Positions 1 through 13,032 of a DNA stretch of 64,000 bases are shown here, one piece after another (position 1 is the first letter of the stretch; each line of letters starts with the position of its first letter). The notes beneath the pieces are model-generated. The model was given only the letters and a program-made list of their open reading frames with translations, was not told where the DNA came from and made no database searches. The DNA is from Takakia lepidozioides (lineage: Eukaryota; Plantae; Bryophyta), in contig CM060732.1 of the NCBI GenBank assembly GCA_030704615.1, positions 38,998,001-39,062,000 of the forward strand. The letters run 5' to 3'. The position numbers were made by a program, and so were the translations under genes.

Positions 1-3000
1 ACAACAACGGTGAAGGGAGTTGAATTAGTAATTACTCCCCTATACCTCCAGCAATTGTTTCGATTGCCAGCAGGTCAGGTGCATGTGGAGGAACACAGGG
101 CAAGACTGCAAATAGGGACTTATTTCAAGAAGGGAGTTTCTTTAAAACTCAGGGTTATGCTTGTACCAAGGCCGTGTACCCAGGGCTAAAGGAGGTAGGC
201 CAGGTATTGAACGTTCTTATTGCCATGAAACAGAACCAACAGTATTTGAGCAGATCCTTCACGGAGGAAATACTCAAAGCCCTGAAAGGACAAGAGGTAG
301 AATGGGCGGACATAATGTACAACGCACTGGTGGAGGAGATGAAAAGATTACAAGGTACTACAGCAAAGTCTCCTATCATAGTGTCTGGCCCAATTATTGC
401 TCAAATAATTCTTGATTCCGGCATACTTGATGCGCAAGAAAGAAAAGAGATGAGAGTGTTTGAGCCAGAAACCACTGCAATGGAAGAGCAAGGCTCTTCA
501 CACAGTGAGGGTGGACTAGCATGGCAACCCGAGACTAAGAGGCAGAGACGGGGAAAGACTGTAGTCGCGGATCCACTGGCTTCACGGATTCCGCATGATA
601 ATGTTTCCCAAGCTCATGTGCAGGAAGGGGCACAGCAGCACAGAGAACTGCTATTACTGGAAGCAGGACCTTCAGAAAGGGAGGAGGAAGTTACTTCAGT
701 ATCACAACCATCACAGCCAGCTGATCGGCTTGTCACAAGGTTACAAGTTGTCCATGCAGCTCAACCAGAAATAATTGATTTGGAAAAAGAAGAGTTAGAT
801 ATTCCAACTACAGATAAGATAGTGGCGGAAATTGAAAAGGGGGACCTTCTCTATGAATATTCTGGTCTGGTCAAGGAGACAGAGATTCCAGAGGTGCAAC
901 AGTTGCCCAAGGGAAATCCTGAGGTGCATATAATACACACACCTGTGTCGGAGGTACCACAAGTAGAATGTCAAGACACTGCAACACCGGTGATGGATGA
1001 TGTGGTTCAGGAAGAAAATCCAGTGGGACAATGGCCTGAATGGTTCGTGAGACATCACACGGTTGAGGATCAGGAGGAACAGCAGCAACCTCACCATGAT
1101 GACCCTCAACAGGCAATACTGATGAGTTCCATAAGCAGGACACTTAATTTGTTGGGGACTTATGTCAAATCCCATGTTCCAACTACCCAATTGACAGCCT
1201 TGAGAGAGGAACTCAGGAAGGAGTTTGAGGCTCGACTAGCCACTGAGTGTGCAAACAAGGTCGATGAGGAGGTCACTCTCAAGATGCAGCAGGACTTGGA
1301 AAATACAGAAGCGGCTTTGCAATTGGCCAAGGAACAATTGATTGAGGCAGGCCTCGCGCAAGACCAGTTGCACGAAGCACATAAGCAACAGCTATACCAA
1401 ATGCAGGTGAAGCATGAAAGCAAGTTGCAACAAGTAAATGCACTACATACAGAGTTGCAGACAGTGCATGACAGGATGGTCATCCAATGTGCTACACTCA
1501 CAACTATGCTTGACCAATCTACAATAGAAATAAACAGTCAAGCAGAAAAAAGTATGAAGGCAGAAGCAGAGAATGTTGAGCAAATGAAACTCATTGTCGA
1601 CATAAAGAATACAATCTGTCGTAATGAGGATACTTTCAAGCAATACAGGCAGGTTGAAGCCGACCAAGAGAGGCACATCCTGGAGTTGCAACAAACGGTC
1701 ATGGCCAATAGAAATGAACTCTCTGTGGCTAACAAAGCTTGGAAGGAAGCCAATAATCTGGCTGCTGTCTATGCGAATTTGGTTGAACCTCATGCGAAGC
1801 GCATGGAGGCTTTACAACAGCAGTTAGATGTGTAAAAACAAAGAGAGGAGCACACTCTCAGAGCAACCACAAGCAACTTGGTGGATAACCACGTTATGCA
1901 GGTCTGGTTAGCACAAGGGCCAGTGGAGGACAAAGCACCACGAAAGCTCACCCAAAGCGAGATGAATGAGCTCAGGCTGCAAGTGCAAAACATTGCCACA
2001 ACTACTATAGACAATGTCTATAGTAGGATAGCGGAGTTACAGGAGGATATAGACGACCTGCAGACTCAAGTGGAGGACCTCACTTCAAATATCGACAAGA
2101 GAGTCTGTGTACCTGATGAACAGCTAATGGCTTCTTATTTAAAAGCGAGAACTTTAGCTTTTCAGTCTTCTTCACAGGAGGTGCAGGAGATGCCAATGGT
2201 ACAAGAGCCAGTGCCACCAACATCACAACAAGTCACTGTGCCAATAGCTGACCCTGTTGTTACTACAACTACACCACAGCCACCACAGTCTGAGGTATGG
2301 GGCAATGCTGCTTTTAACCCACCTAAAACTCCAGCTGCAAGGGAGTACAGTAGGGCTATGATTATGCCCTTCAATCAAATTCCCATCATGTTGGATTTGG
2401 CTTGGAAAGAATTTAGTCCTCCGCAGTCATTCGCACATTACTACCAAATCATGCGTATTTGGCTGCCAGTGGCAACTAGGACTAAAGTTCTTCCGAACAA
2501 TCGACATATTGAGGATCATCACTTTGCACAGTACTGGCATGAGGCAGGTACCATGTTGAGGGAATTAATTGCTTTCCAAGTTGTACATGGATTCATTTAT
2601 ACCAAGACCAAGGAGGTAGCAAGTATTGTCATGGGATGCGGGTTATACTACGCTGCTTGTTTTCTGGTACGTTATCACATTGAGCAGCATAAGATGCAAT
2701 CGCGCTTTCTGAGTTATTCCAGTGGAGATCATTGGGTCTTACCTTCAGTACCACCTCATATGTACCTATATGAGGCAAAAGTTATGATGCAAAAGGATTC
2801 TCAAATTCGTTCATGGTTTCAAGCGGCCTGGAACAATTTGTCAACACAGAAATTCGGCATTGATGATATTTTCTATAAGGGACATGTGGCATGGAAATAC
2901 TTGCACGGTGCACAAGTAATTGGTACCCCACTCACCTGGACAGGTAAGGAACGCAGTGTCTACACCAATTTTGCTGTTCAGCGGTTACAGCAAGTTGTAA

Positions 3001-3359
3001 AATATAAACTTCCAGACATGGTAGGACAACATTGTATGCCCCAGAGGATTCCACAAAAAGTTCGACAATTAAAACACCTGAGAGGTGATGACGATTCTGA
3101 TACAACTGTTTCTTCAGCGGATTCTTTTGACATGGGAGAAGACTATGCAATTCAGATGGCAGAGAAGAAGCGACGGGGGTCTCCTATGCCTGAAAGGTTA
3201 CCTCGATATCAGCCTCCAGAGGGCCTCACTTATCCTGGTAGTGTTCAAACATCTCCGTCAACCAGTGACAGACCTCGGGCTCGTACACACAGTCCGCCAC
3301 GAAACTCTCAACGTCAGAAAGGTGCTCACTCACAAAGGTTTGCTAATCGCAATCAGTAA
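1..3359 (+). pseudogene. Post-integrase extension ORF of family A (coiled coil plus unknown C-terminal domain), split by a stop at 1833-1835
   Basis: ORFs 174..1835 and 1878..3359 are in the same frame and match the C-terminal part of ORF 24303..31085, where the TAA codon reads TAC. Confidence 0.9.
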
Positions 3360-3397
3360 ACCGTGAGGACACGGCTTTTTGAGAGGGGAAGGGGTAA

Positions 3398-4352
3398 TGT
3401 TAGAGGACTGTCTGGGACTTAGACACTTATACGGGATCTGTAGGGTACCCTTAATTTTAGCACAGACTGAGACCAACAGGAGCCTTAGGGGTGACAGCAG
3501 CGCACTTTAGAGGGGGTTTACACAGCCCGTCACAATCGTCACAGCCGACACAGCCATCACAGCCACCACAGCCCGTCACAGCCGACACAGCCACACAGCC
3601 AGTCACAGCCCGACACAGCCAAACACAGTCGCACAGCCAGTCACAACCCGTCACAGTTTCACATAGCCAGTCACAGCTTGACACAGCTGTCATGATCATA
3701 GGGAACGGAGAGCAGGACAGGGAACGACTGTGGGGAACAACACCTGCAAATGGAACATGTTAGTTCACGGACGACGGTTAGTGAGGGAAACGGTTAGAGC
3801 CACGGGTAGGAAGATAAAGGGAGAAGCAAGGACTGAGTAGGGGGATTTAATGGACGGATGATTCTGGGAAGCACGTCAGGGGAAGGACTTCTTGGTGAGG
3901 GAAGAGAGGGGATCGGGCGGAGAGCAAGCATGGAGAGCACGGTGAAGGAGGAGAGATGATTACCAGATGCTTGTTATATGGAAAGCTGTAGTGATATTGT
4001 AAAGCAGATTAGAGACACAATGGCTTCGGCCTGATACCTGATAAATCATAATCTGATACTTATACGATACAATCACACTGTGTAGAGAGATCTGAGTGAA
4101 GCTGTGGAATGAATGGATGAGTTGAAGGAATCCGATAGATTGATGAAGCAAACTGATACTTAATTATCAATAGTAAGGTAGCTAACATGAATGTGAAAAG
4201 GGAAACAAATAGGAAACACCCCCATGATACACTAGCTGTAGGTCATGACTGATTGTTCTGAGCGGGCTGAGTACTTAGAGATTTCCAACTCTTCTATCTT
4301 GGAGTTTCCACCTCGGATAGCGAAGGGATGGGTGAGTAAAAGCCGCGCGACA
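3398..4352 (+). repeat. 3' LTR of family A copy 1, with a CACAGCC-type simple repeat at ~3519-3690
   Basis: TG...CA ends; matches the LTRs at 18709, 31126, 46438 and 52356. Confidence 0.95.
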
Positions 4353-4495
4353 AAGAGTAAAGGGGGACCATTATGTCCCGGTGAGCAACCGAAGCTCCAA
4401 GTTGGCCTAGCGGCTAGGTTGGGAGTTAGGCGCGTGCATCAAAGCAAGTAACTATGACTTGAAGGGGAACTTACCGAAGTGAGGTGCGCGACACT

Positions 4496-4507
4496 TGGTA
4501 TCAGAGC
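4496..4507 (+). promoter_or_regulatory. Primer binding site (tRNA-iMet) of element B
   Basis: TGGTATCAGAGC two bases after the LTR end ...GCGCGACA (4493). Confidence 0.9.
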
Positions 4508-4548
4508 TTAGAGTTCAGTACGCAATCGTCCTTAGGTTTGGCCTCATC

Positions 4549-7500
4549 ATGGGGTCGGGCAAGCCAAAGCGAAAGCGGAACGGCCCGAAAGATGATTATC
4601 CTGGTGAGCGTGATGGGGGCGACGTGTCACCGAAGCGGCCATTTGAGGAAGCGATGCATGCTTTTGAAAGCAAGGCCGCTCAAGAACGGGAGGAATCTGA
4701 GAAGTCGGAGCCCGAGGAATCTCTAAGAGCTCCGACATACCAACACATGTCTCCCATGCCAGTAGCCTTTTGGGAAGGGTTGTTGGCGCAGTTTGGCGGG
4801 ACGTTGAAAGACGTGTTGAAGGTGGCTAATGCCACTTCCACTAAGGCAAAGTTTAAGGTGAAGCCTAAGGAACCCGGCACCTTCGAGGGCGTCCAAAATC
4901 GGAAGGCACTCAACACCTGGCTCTTGGAGCTAGAGCAGTACTTCCGAGCGGCCAAATCGAGTGACGAGGATCGGGTGGAAGTGGCTCCCACCTATTTAAG
5001 GGGCTATGCTCAACAATGGTGGCAGAAATGCCTTCACGATCGAGGTCCAAACCCGGAAACCTTGAACTAGAGTGGGTTCAAGGAACTGATGAAGAGACAG
5101 TTTGTGCCCCTCAACGCGTCCTGGCTCGCCCGGGACAAGATGAGGAATTTGAAGCAAACCGATGACATTCGGGGATATGTTCAGGCTTTCAATGTGCTGA
5201 AGCCCCGACAATTGAACTTGACTCGGGCGACCACAGAGCTGTCAGAAGAGTCCATCAGCCGCTTGGTGGAAGCGAAGGTCGCCAAGACTTACAAGGTAGG
5301 CAACTACTCTTGTGAGTTATATCAGGAAACTGGCGCCCTACGTAAAGGAAGTCAGTTATTGTTCGTGGATGGGATAATTTCCGGAACTAACGTGTCGTTG
5401 GTGGTGGCCACATGAGCGTTGCACTCCTTCATGACACCGGCAACGGCATGAAAGCTGGGGCTCCCGACAAGTGACGTGGGGGCCTCTATTGAGGTGCGTT
5501 CTGCTAAAGGAGAACCACAATTGGCGACGAGGTTGGCATTCGATGTTCCTCTTCAGCTCGGGAGTTGGGAGGGACGTGAGAACTTCACCATTTGCGAGAT
5601 CGATGGAGTGGATCTCATTTTGGGGATGACATTTTTGAGCAAATCCGGAGCGGTCATAGATGGCCGCAAGAGAGTAGTCACGCTGCCGTGTGGGAATGGT
5701 GGCAAAGTTTTACGAGTGTCGGAAACGTCCAAACCCGTGGGAGGGCGAATAAACCTTCTGTCAGCAAGGGAGTGGGCCGTGGATGAGCCACACGAGCCCC
5801 AGTTTTTCCTTTACGTAAGACAAGTGAAAGGAGAAGGCGATGGGGAGCCGAGCCCAGATTGGATCAAGGGGATCTTGGAGAAATACCAGGATGTGATGCC
5901 AGAGGATTTACTAAGCGGCTTGCCACCGCGAAGGGGAGTTGACCACAAGATTGAGGTAATACCAGGATTGGAACCGCCTGCCAAGGCGCCCTACCGGTTG
6001 AGCCACAGAGAGTTGGTTGAGCTGAAGACTCAGCTCAAGGATCTAATGTCAAAGGGGTACATCCGGCCGAGTAAGTCACCTTACGGAGCCCCGATGCTAT
6101 TCGCAGACAAGAAGGATGGGACGCTGCGAATGTGTGTCGATTACAGGGCCCTGAATAAGGTGACTATCAAGAACCGGTACCCTTTGCCAAGGATCGACGA
6201 CCTCTTCAATCGAGTGGCAGGAGCGAAGTATTTCAGCCGGATCGATTTGCGCTCCGGGTATCATCAGATCCGAGTGGCAGAAGGAGATGAGGAGAAGACC
6301 GCGTGCAAGACAAGATATGGTTCGTATGAGTTCTTGGTGATGCCTTTTGGGCTCACCAACGCACCCGCGACCCTTAGCACGTTAATTAACAGCCTTTTCC
6401 AGGAGTGGTTGGATGACTTTGTGATCGTATACATCGACGACATATTAGTGTACTCGAAAACAAAAGAAGAGCACCTGGAGCACCTCAAAAAGGTGTTCCA
6501 GAAATTGCGAGAAGGGAAGCTATATGCCAAAGCTTCAAAGTGCGAATTCGAGGTCACAAAAGTGAAGTTCCTGGGGCATGTAATTACACAGGATGGGATC
6601 AAAGTGGATGACAGGAAGGTGAGAGCGATCTTGGACTAGGAGCCTCCGACTTCGGTCCCGGGAGTGCGATCATTCCTAGGACTCGCCTCCTATTACCGAA
6701 AGTATGTGAGAAATTTCGTCAAGATTGCGGGGCCGCTGTCAGACCTTCTGTGTAAATCCAAAGTCTGGGTATGGAACACCTTTTGTGGCCAAGCTTTTGC
6801 CGAGTTGAAGCAGCGGATGGCGGAAGCTCCAGTCCTCAAAATCCCGGAGTTTGACCGTCCATTTGAGATTCATACGGATGCGTCGGACTTTGCAATAGGG
6901 GGTGTACTCATGCAGGATGGACGTCCAGTGGCTTACGAAAGTAAGAAACTGAATCAAGTGGAGCGACGGTGGCCTACGCATGAGAAGGAAATGAAGGCGG
7001 TGGAGCATTGCCTTGAGCTTTGGCGCCACTATGTTGGTTCCAACCCGGTGAAGGTGTTCACGGACAATGTCACGGTGAAGTATTTTGCCACACAGCCTAA
7101 GCTGTCCCCAAAACAACTTAGGTGGCAAGAGAATTTGGCGGTGTTCGACGTGGATATCCAGTACAAACCGGGACGGGGACAATGTGGTGGCCGATGCTTT
7201 AAGTAGAAAGTAGCAGCTTATGTTAGTGTACAGGGGCGAGACGGCGCTCCAAAGGAAGATCCGAAAGACTTACCGGAAGGATGAGATGGCGAAGTCCGTG
7301 ATGCGAGACTTGAGGATGGGGGTTAAATCGTAGTTCCACTTGCAAAATGGACTGCTCCGGTATAAGCAAAAGCGTCTCTACGTGCCGAACGGAGGGATCA
7401 GAGATAGTCTCTTGAGAGAATGTCATGATGGCCTGCTTGCGGGCCACGGCGGAGCCAAGCGCACCGCGACACTCTTGAAGAAAGAGTATTTCTGGCCCAA

Positions 7501-8697
7501 ATTGAGGGAGGAGGCCGAGGAGTATGTCAAGACATGCACCACATGCCAACAAAACCGGAGCGAATACAAAAAGCAAGCGGGGTTGTTACAACCCTTGCCG
7601 ATTCCAGAGGGGTCTTGGGAAAGTGTCTCAATGGATTTCATGACTGCTATGCCGCTTTTAAAAGGATTCGATGCGATCATGGTGGTGGTGGATAGGTTCA
7701 GTAAAATGGGCCATTTCATCCCCACCAAGGAGACGGCAACGGCACAGGAGACGGGGCGACTTTACTTCGCCCACGTCTTCAAGCATCATGGACTCCCGAA
7801 GGATATTGTCTCGGACCGCGATCCAAAGTTTACGAGTAAATTTTGGAGGGCACTTTGGAAGAAGATGGGGACGAGGCTCAAGATGAGCACCGCCTTCCGA
7901 CCTATGACGGACGGCCAAACAGAAATGGTGAATTCCGTGGTGAAGCAAATCTTGCGGAATTACGTGTCGGCAGACCAATCGGACTGGGTGGAACACTTGG
8001 ATGCGGCAGAGTTCTGTTATAATAACACAAAACACTCCGCAACGGGAGTTTCCCCTTTCGTATTGGTCTATGGAAAAGCACCTTTGGTACCGACAAGTTG
8101 GGCCGCCCAAGACGTTGAGGAACCGGCAGCAGCAGCGGTGCTGGAAGAACGCGAGCGTTTGTTGAAGCTCGCAAAGTACAACATTGCCAAAGCTAGGAAA
8201 CGGTATGAACGGTAGGCGAATCGGAAGCGGAGGGAAGTTAAGTTTGAGGCAGGCACGGAGGTCTGGTTGAACATCAAGAATTTCCGACTACCTCCGGAAG
8301 CGAGTCCGAAGTTCATACCTCCGTATGCGGGACCCTTTCGCATCCGGAAAGTTATGAATGAGGATGGGTATGAATTGGAGCTGCCGGAAAACAGCAAGGT
8401 GCATCTGATATTCCACGTCTCCCTTTTGAAGCCTTACTTCAAAGATGAAGCGCGTCCAAATCGGCATCAAGTGTTGCGTCCGCCACCTGTGCTGTTGGAT
8501 CATGAAAATGAACCTGAGTATATGTGGAGGCAGTGTTTAAGTCGAGGAGGTTCAAGAATCAAGAAATGGAGTATCTCGTGAAATGGAAGGGCTATCATCA
8601 TGTGGAGGCATCTTGGGTGCGTGCCTCAGAAATGGAAAACGCATCCGAGGCGGTTGCAGCTTTCAAAGGGCGACCTCAAAAGCGGAAGAAACGTTGA
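4549..8697 (+). pseudogene. gag-pol of element B (gag, degenerate protease, RT, RNase H, integrase, chromodomain) with several stops and frameshifts
   Basis: ORFs 4495..5070, 5476..6639 (YPLPRID, YIDD), 6664..7206 (TDAS), 7340..8215 (HHCC, DRFSK, DRD) and 8267..8581 (YAGPF). Frameshifted chromodomain VEAV..R..EYLVKWKGY..EASW at ~8520-8670. Confidence 0.92.
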
Positions 8698-8731
8698 TGG
8701 GGACATCAACCTTGGATCGTGGGGGAGGAAA

Positions 8732-10299
8732 TGCATGCTTAGCCGGCTTAGTTAACTCATGAATCCAATTGCAAAAACTTGTATTGTACAAATTTTGTTA
8801 TAAATGAATTGGTTTCCAAATGTTGTGCGTCCTATTTTGTTTGGAAAGTGATGCATGGTATGGTTGGCTAGTGTGTAGAATGCATGCTAGCTTACAAAAG
8901 TGGGAGAGGTAAATTGGATTAATCGTGTGTTTGCATAGTGCCGAAATCGGGTGACTCCCTTCCAAGGGGCAATGAAACTTGCGCCTTCCTTGGGAGTTCA
9001 CGTGCTAGTGCGCACCTGGCGCGTGCGCGTACTATAACTGCGCTACCGAGGGGGTTGCCTTGAGTGCGGGTTAACGCGGAAGCTACGTGCTTCCGTTCAC
9101 GTACTATAATCGTGTAGCCTCGGGACGAAGTCGTAGTGCGGCTTCGGCATGTTCCCGTACCTCAGGCCAACATTCCAAGGCGGACCCAATTGTAGTGATT
9201 GGGGCGCATGGTTAGTCCAAGGTTATCTTCCTAGTCAAAAAGGGTTCAAGGTGAACCCTTGCTCAAGGTGATGCCAAAAGCGGCATCATGAGCGGTCTCA
9301 AGCAATGTTGTTGCAGTAAGGCGATTCGATCCTCGGGGAGGATCGTTCCTTCGCCTTGAAGTAGGCCAAGAAGAGTGCACTGGGAGGAGCTTGAGAGGCT
9401 CCACCCTTGGCCGGGACTTGGAAAAAGTTGGCCGAACTAGCTAGTGGAGAGTGGAGTCAAGCGTGGGTTTGGTTCCTTGCCATGGGACGCCATGGTACGG
9501 AAACAAACTCCTTGATGTGGGACGCCACAACTTGGATATTCGTTTCTACAAAATGGACAAGTCGATGAGGACATCGACTCCCTATTGGTAGGGGTGTGTG
9601 TCGCAGCCCTTTGCCTTGAGGGCAGGGGGTCGGGACGCAGGAGGGGCTGCCCCTGTGGTGGGGGCAGTGGAAGCGATAGGCTCGGGGGGCTGAAGCACCC
9701 TTGAGTGCACAAGGCACTCAAGGAGGCGGAGGCGCCCACTAAGTGGAGCCCCGCACACCGGGTTGCAGTGGGGGTGGCTCCACAAGGGGTGGTGGTAGCT
9801 TAGCGGGACTTAGTGGGGGTGGCATAGGACTCACCATGGGGCGGAGACGTTGTGGTGGGAGTCGTGGCGAGTCTTGGGACTCATCACGTACCAATGGGGC
9901 CGTGGTGGGTGGGCCAAGACTCACCGCGACTCATCACCGGGAATCGAGGGTCTTCGTGGTGGTTTGCCATAAAATGGCATGGTTGTTTGTGAAACCCCCG
10001 TGGACAGTCACAGAAGTGTATATAGGGAGTAGTAACCCCAAGAACGGTGCAAGCCCGTTGGTGACCAAAAACTAGTGAGTAAGCGAGCGAGCCGGAAAGC
10101 GACCAAGGAGTGGGGAGCTATTCCGGACTGCCATCTACCAAAGGGAATTTCCACTAGGCCCAAATTGATGGAGGGTCTGGTGGAAGAGTAAAGGGGGACC
10201 GTTATGTCCCGGTGAGCAGCCGAAGCTCCAAGTTGTCCCGGCGGCCAAGTTGGGAGTTAGGCGCGTGCATCAAAGCGAGTAACTATGACTTGAAGGGGA
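8732..10299 (+). repeat. 3' LTR of element B, truncated ~24 bp short of its end
   Basis: Follows the PPT GGGGGAGGAAA (8721-8731); homology to the 5' LTR remnant stops at 10299. Confidence 0.8.
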
Positions 10300-10937
10300 G
10301 GGCAGCTACCGTGTGAGCAACTCACGTGAGCACGCTCACGCTTAAAGTGGAAAACGTGACAGAATCCCTAAAGCGTGAGCAGATTCAAAGCGTGAGCATA
10401 TTAGTGAATGAGAGCCTACAACCGAGGGAAGAAGAGGGCCTATTGTTGTGGAAAAAAACTACAATGCACGAACGCATGCACACCCCATCCGACGGGACAA
10501 TCCAAGCTCCATGACGACCGTAGGGTACGAATGTGCGATGAAAAAGCCGACGGATGAATGGTTTCAGGATGAATGAAAAGTGGAAAGGATGAATGGTGGA
10601 TGACTGTTGGATGAGAAATGAGCGAAATGGATGAACCGTGACCTCGTTTTTGTTTCACGAGGAGCAATTGCATCTCGAGTGTGTCCTGAATTTCAGATTT
10701 GTCGGCTGATCCTGGCAGTACTTTCTTTGAGAGAACTTGAAGGAAACTGCTGAAGTTAGAAGGCAATTACATACAGGAGTAAATTTGAGTTACCTATGGA
10801 CTCTTCTGATGGGGGTGGGTCTGCAGAGGAAGGAGGAGGATAGAACATGAGAAGTGGAGGACAAAACCAAATCGCAGAAACATTTCTCCAAAAACAATGA
10901 ACATTGAAGGCGGCGTGTGTCCAGGTGGGGGGGGGGG

Positions 10938-11647
10938 ATTAAGGTGTCGTCAACGACATCTTAATTCCCACCTCCTGTTGCCACAAACATTTCATGGAAA
11001 ATCCCAAAAAACCAGAAAATTTGAATCCAACAAAATTACAAAGCCGACACCTGTGCAGGTCACGGCGATTAAGGTGTCGTCAACGACATCTTAAATCCCA
11101 CCAGCTGCTGCCACATGTCTTTTCAGATTATGGCCCAAAAATAGAAAAAATAGAAATCCAACAAAACTTTGAAGGAAGGCGGTGCGTGTGCAGGACGCGG
11201 CGATTAAGGTGTCGTCAACGACATCTTAATTCCCACAACCTGTTGCGATATGACAGTTCATGGAAAAACCCAAAAAACCAGAAAAAAATGAATCCAGAAA
11301 AGCTTTGCAGGCGGTGCGTGTGCAGGGGGGATTAAGGTGTCGTCAACGACATCTTAATTCCAACCACCTCAACAGAATTTTCAAGGCGGTGCGTGTGCAG
11401 GTCGGGGGGATTAAGATGTCGTCAACGACATCTTAATTCCGACCACCTGAACAAAACTTTCACGGCGGTGCATGTGCAGGTTGGAGGAATTAAGGTGTCG
11501 TCAACGACATCTTATTTCCCACCACCTTTTGCGACATTTCAATTCATCCAAAAACCCAAATAACCCAAAAAATATGAATCCAACAAAGATACGAAGGCAG
11601 TGCGTGTGCAGGTGGGTGGATTAAGGTGTTGTCAACGACATCTTAAT
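10938..11647 (+). repeat. Palindrome family 1, cluster a: 7 copies of ATTAAGGTGTCGT-CA-ACGACATCTTAAT in ~79-135-bp tandem units
   Basis: Copies start at 10938, 11068, 11203, 11331, 11410, 11489 and 11620. Confidence 0.95.
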
Positions 11648-11778
11648 TGGAAAAACCACCAACCCCAAAACAAACAAACCGAAAACAGGTTCAGCCAAAA
11701 CAGAAATAGAACATGTTAAAAACATTACATTGAACAAAGTGGAGTCATTGTCAAAGAATCCAACTCCTTCTGAACACC

Positions 11779-12890
11779 TCACATTTCAGCAATCCTATCA
11801 CGCTGCTGAAGTGTATGAACGTCAGTGGGACCCATTGTACACTGGTGAATGCACGTGTCTCGGTGAGGATCACAAAACATCCTGTGAATGTAGATGTAGT
11901 ATAGGTGTTTGCACGGGACAAATTTGGGTTTCTTTCCAATAGAGCTTGATAAAGTGTTCTGGAAGTCTGGGCATGTGCAATTTGGAAAATTGCCAACAAT
12001 TACCTCATAAGTCCTGTCGTGAACAACAGAACCCGATGTCACCAAACTGTACACCCGCCCATAGCCTGGAGGGGGGACATTGACAACTTGTGTCACCCGA
12101 CACTGCAGGTTTCTTGCTGACTCAATTTTGCAATCGTTTTCGGGACCTGCCTCAACACGACGGACCGGTTTTCCATTTCGTTTTGTAGGCCAGTCGTTCC
12201 CATGTGGTGGACGTGGGGGGAATGCGGATTGTGAACCCCGACATGAAACTGGTGTTATGACTACTGGGCCTCTTGGAAGACGAAACCCGGCATCCTCCAG
12301 CATCTCAATTTCTTGCTTCGACAGACATGTTCCCAACTTCACTGGCCACACGGCTGGAATTTGAGGCTTGTTGAGGACTGAATCCCGGCAAGTCCCCATC
12401 ACACAACGCTGAATGTCATCAGGGAAAAACCAGAACTTGTGAGGCCTGGACTCTCGCGCACCGTAATGTTTGAGTAAACTAGTGAAAGACGGGGCAGGAA
12501 TCCCGCCTCCGCCCCTACAAATCTTGCTGGTGCACTTCACAAAGGACAATGCCCTAACAACAGAACACCCAACTTTTGATCATTTGGTTGTCCGTTCAAT
12601 GTGCCATATTGCATCCACACAATCGGACTCTTCCATCATCTCTCCCTCTCCCCGCACTGGAGCAGAGGGAGAGCGGTGCTCCTACGGAGTAGGAGGCAAC
12701 GCAGCAAAGTCCGCAGAGGGGCCTGCCGACAAGGAGGCGGCCCTCCTCCATGCAGCTGTCTTTGCGCCCGTTGAAGGAGAAGGCTCAAGCGGAAAGCAGC
12801 ATCGGGTTGGGAGAGGAGGACACTTCCAGCGGTGGACAGAGTTTGATCCAAGTGAGTTCAGCAGCACATTGGCTTTACATGACCTTGTTC
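11779..12890 (-). pseudogene. C-terminal fragment of a MULE transposase with a SWIM zinc finger
   Basis: YEVIVGNFPNCTCPDF...PCKHLYY (CxC...CxH); colinear with 14554-15600 (HKFWF.PD..RCV, ESDC.D..WHIERT). Confidence 0.85.
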
Positions 12891-13032
12891 CCTGACTCGT
12901 AGCGATAAGAAGAGCAGTAAGAAACATACATTTGAGATTGTTTGAAGATGACTTTGACGATAGCTTAAAACGGCATCGCATCATGTCCACCATTGCATTC
13001 GCAAGGGTTTCGAACAAGTCTAGAACAAGGTG

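Larger units (their letters stand above)
1..4352 (+). mobile_element. Ty3/Gypsy family A, copy 1 (3' part; 5' part lies upstream of the window)
   Basis: Near-identical to 27727-32192 of copy 2; polypurine tract 3381-3394, then LTR TGTTAGAGG...GCCGCGCGACA. Confidence 0.95.
4353..10299 (+). mobile_element. Chromovirus-type Ty3/Gypsy element B (Galadriel-like), decayed; both LTRs interrupted by other insertions
   Basis: LTR remnant 4353-4493 matches 10184-10299; tRNA-Met PBS; gag-PR-RT(YIDD)-RH-IN(GPF)-chromodomain order. The lineage call rests on RNase H (THEKEMKAVEHCL) and the chromodomain and is tentative. Confidence 0.88.

Noticed and set aside
4486-4493. Shared GCGCGACA LTR end between families A and B as evidence of a chimera
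   Set aside because: Only 8 bp including the canonical CA end; the rest of the two LTRs is unrelated.
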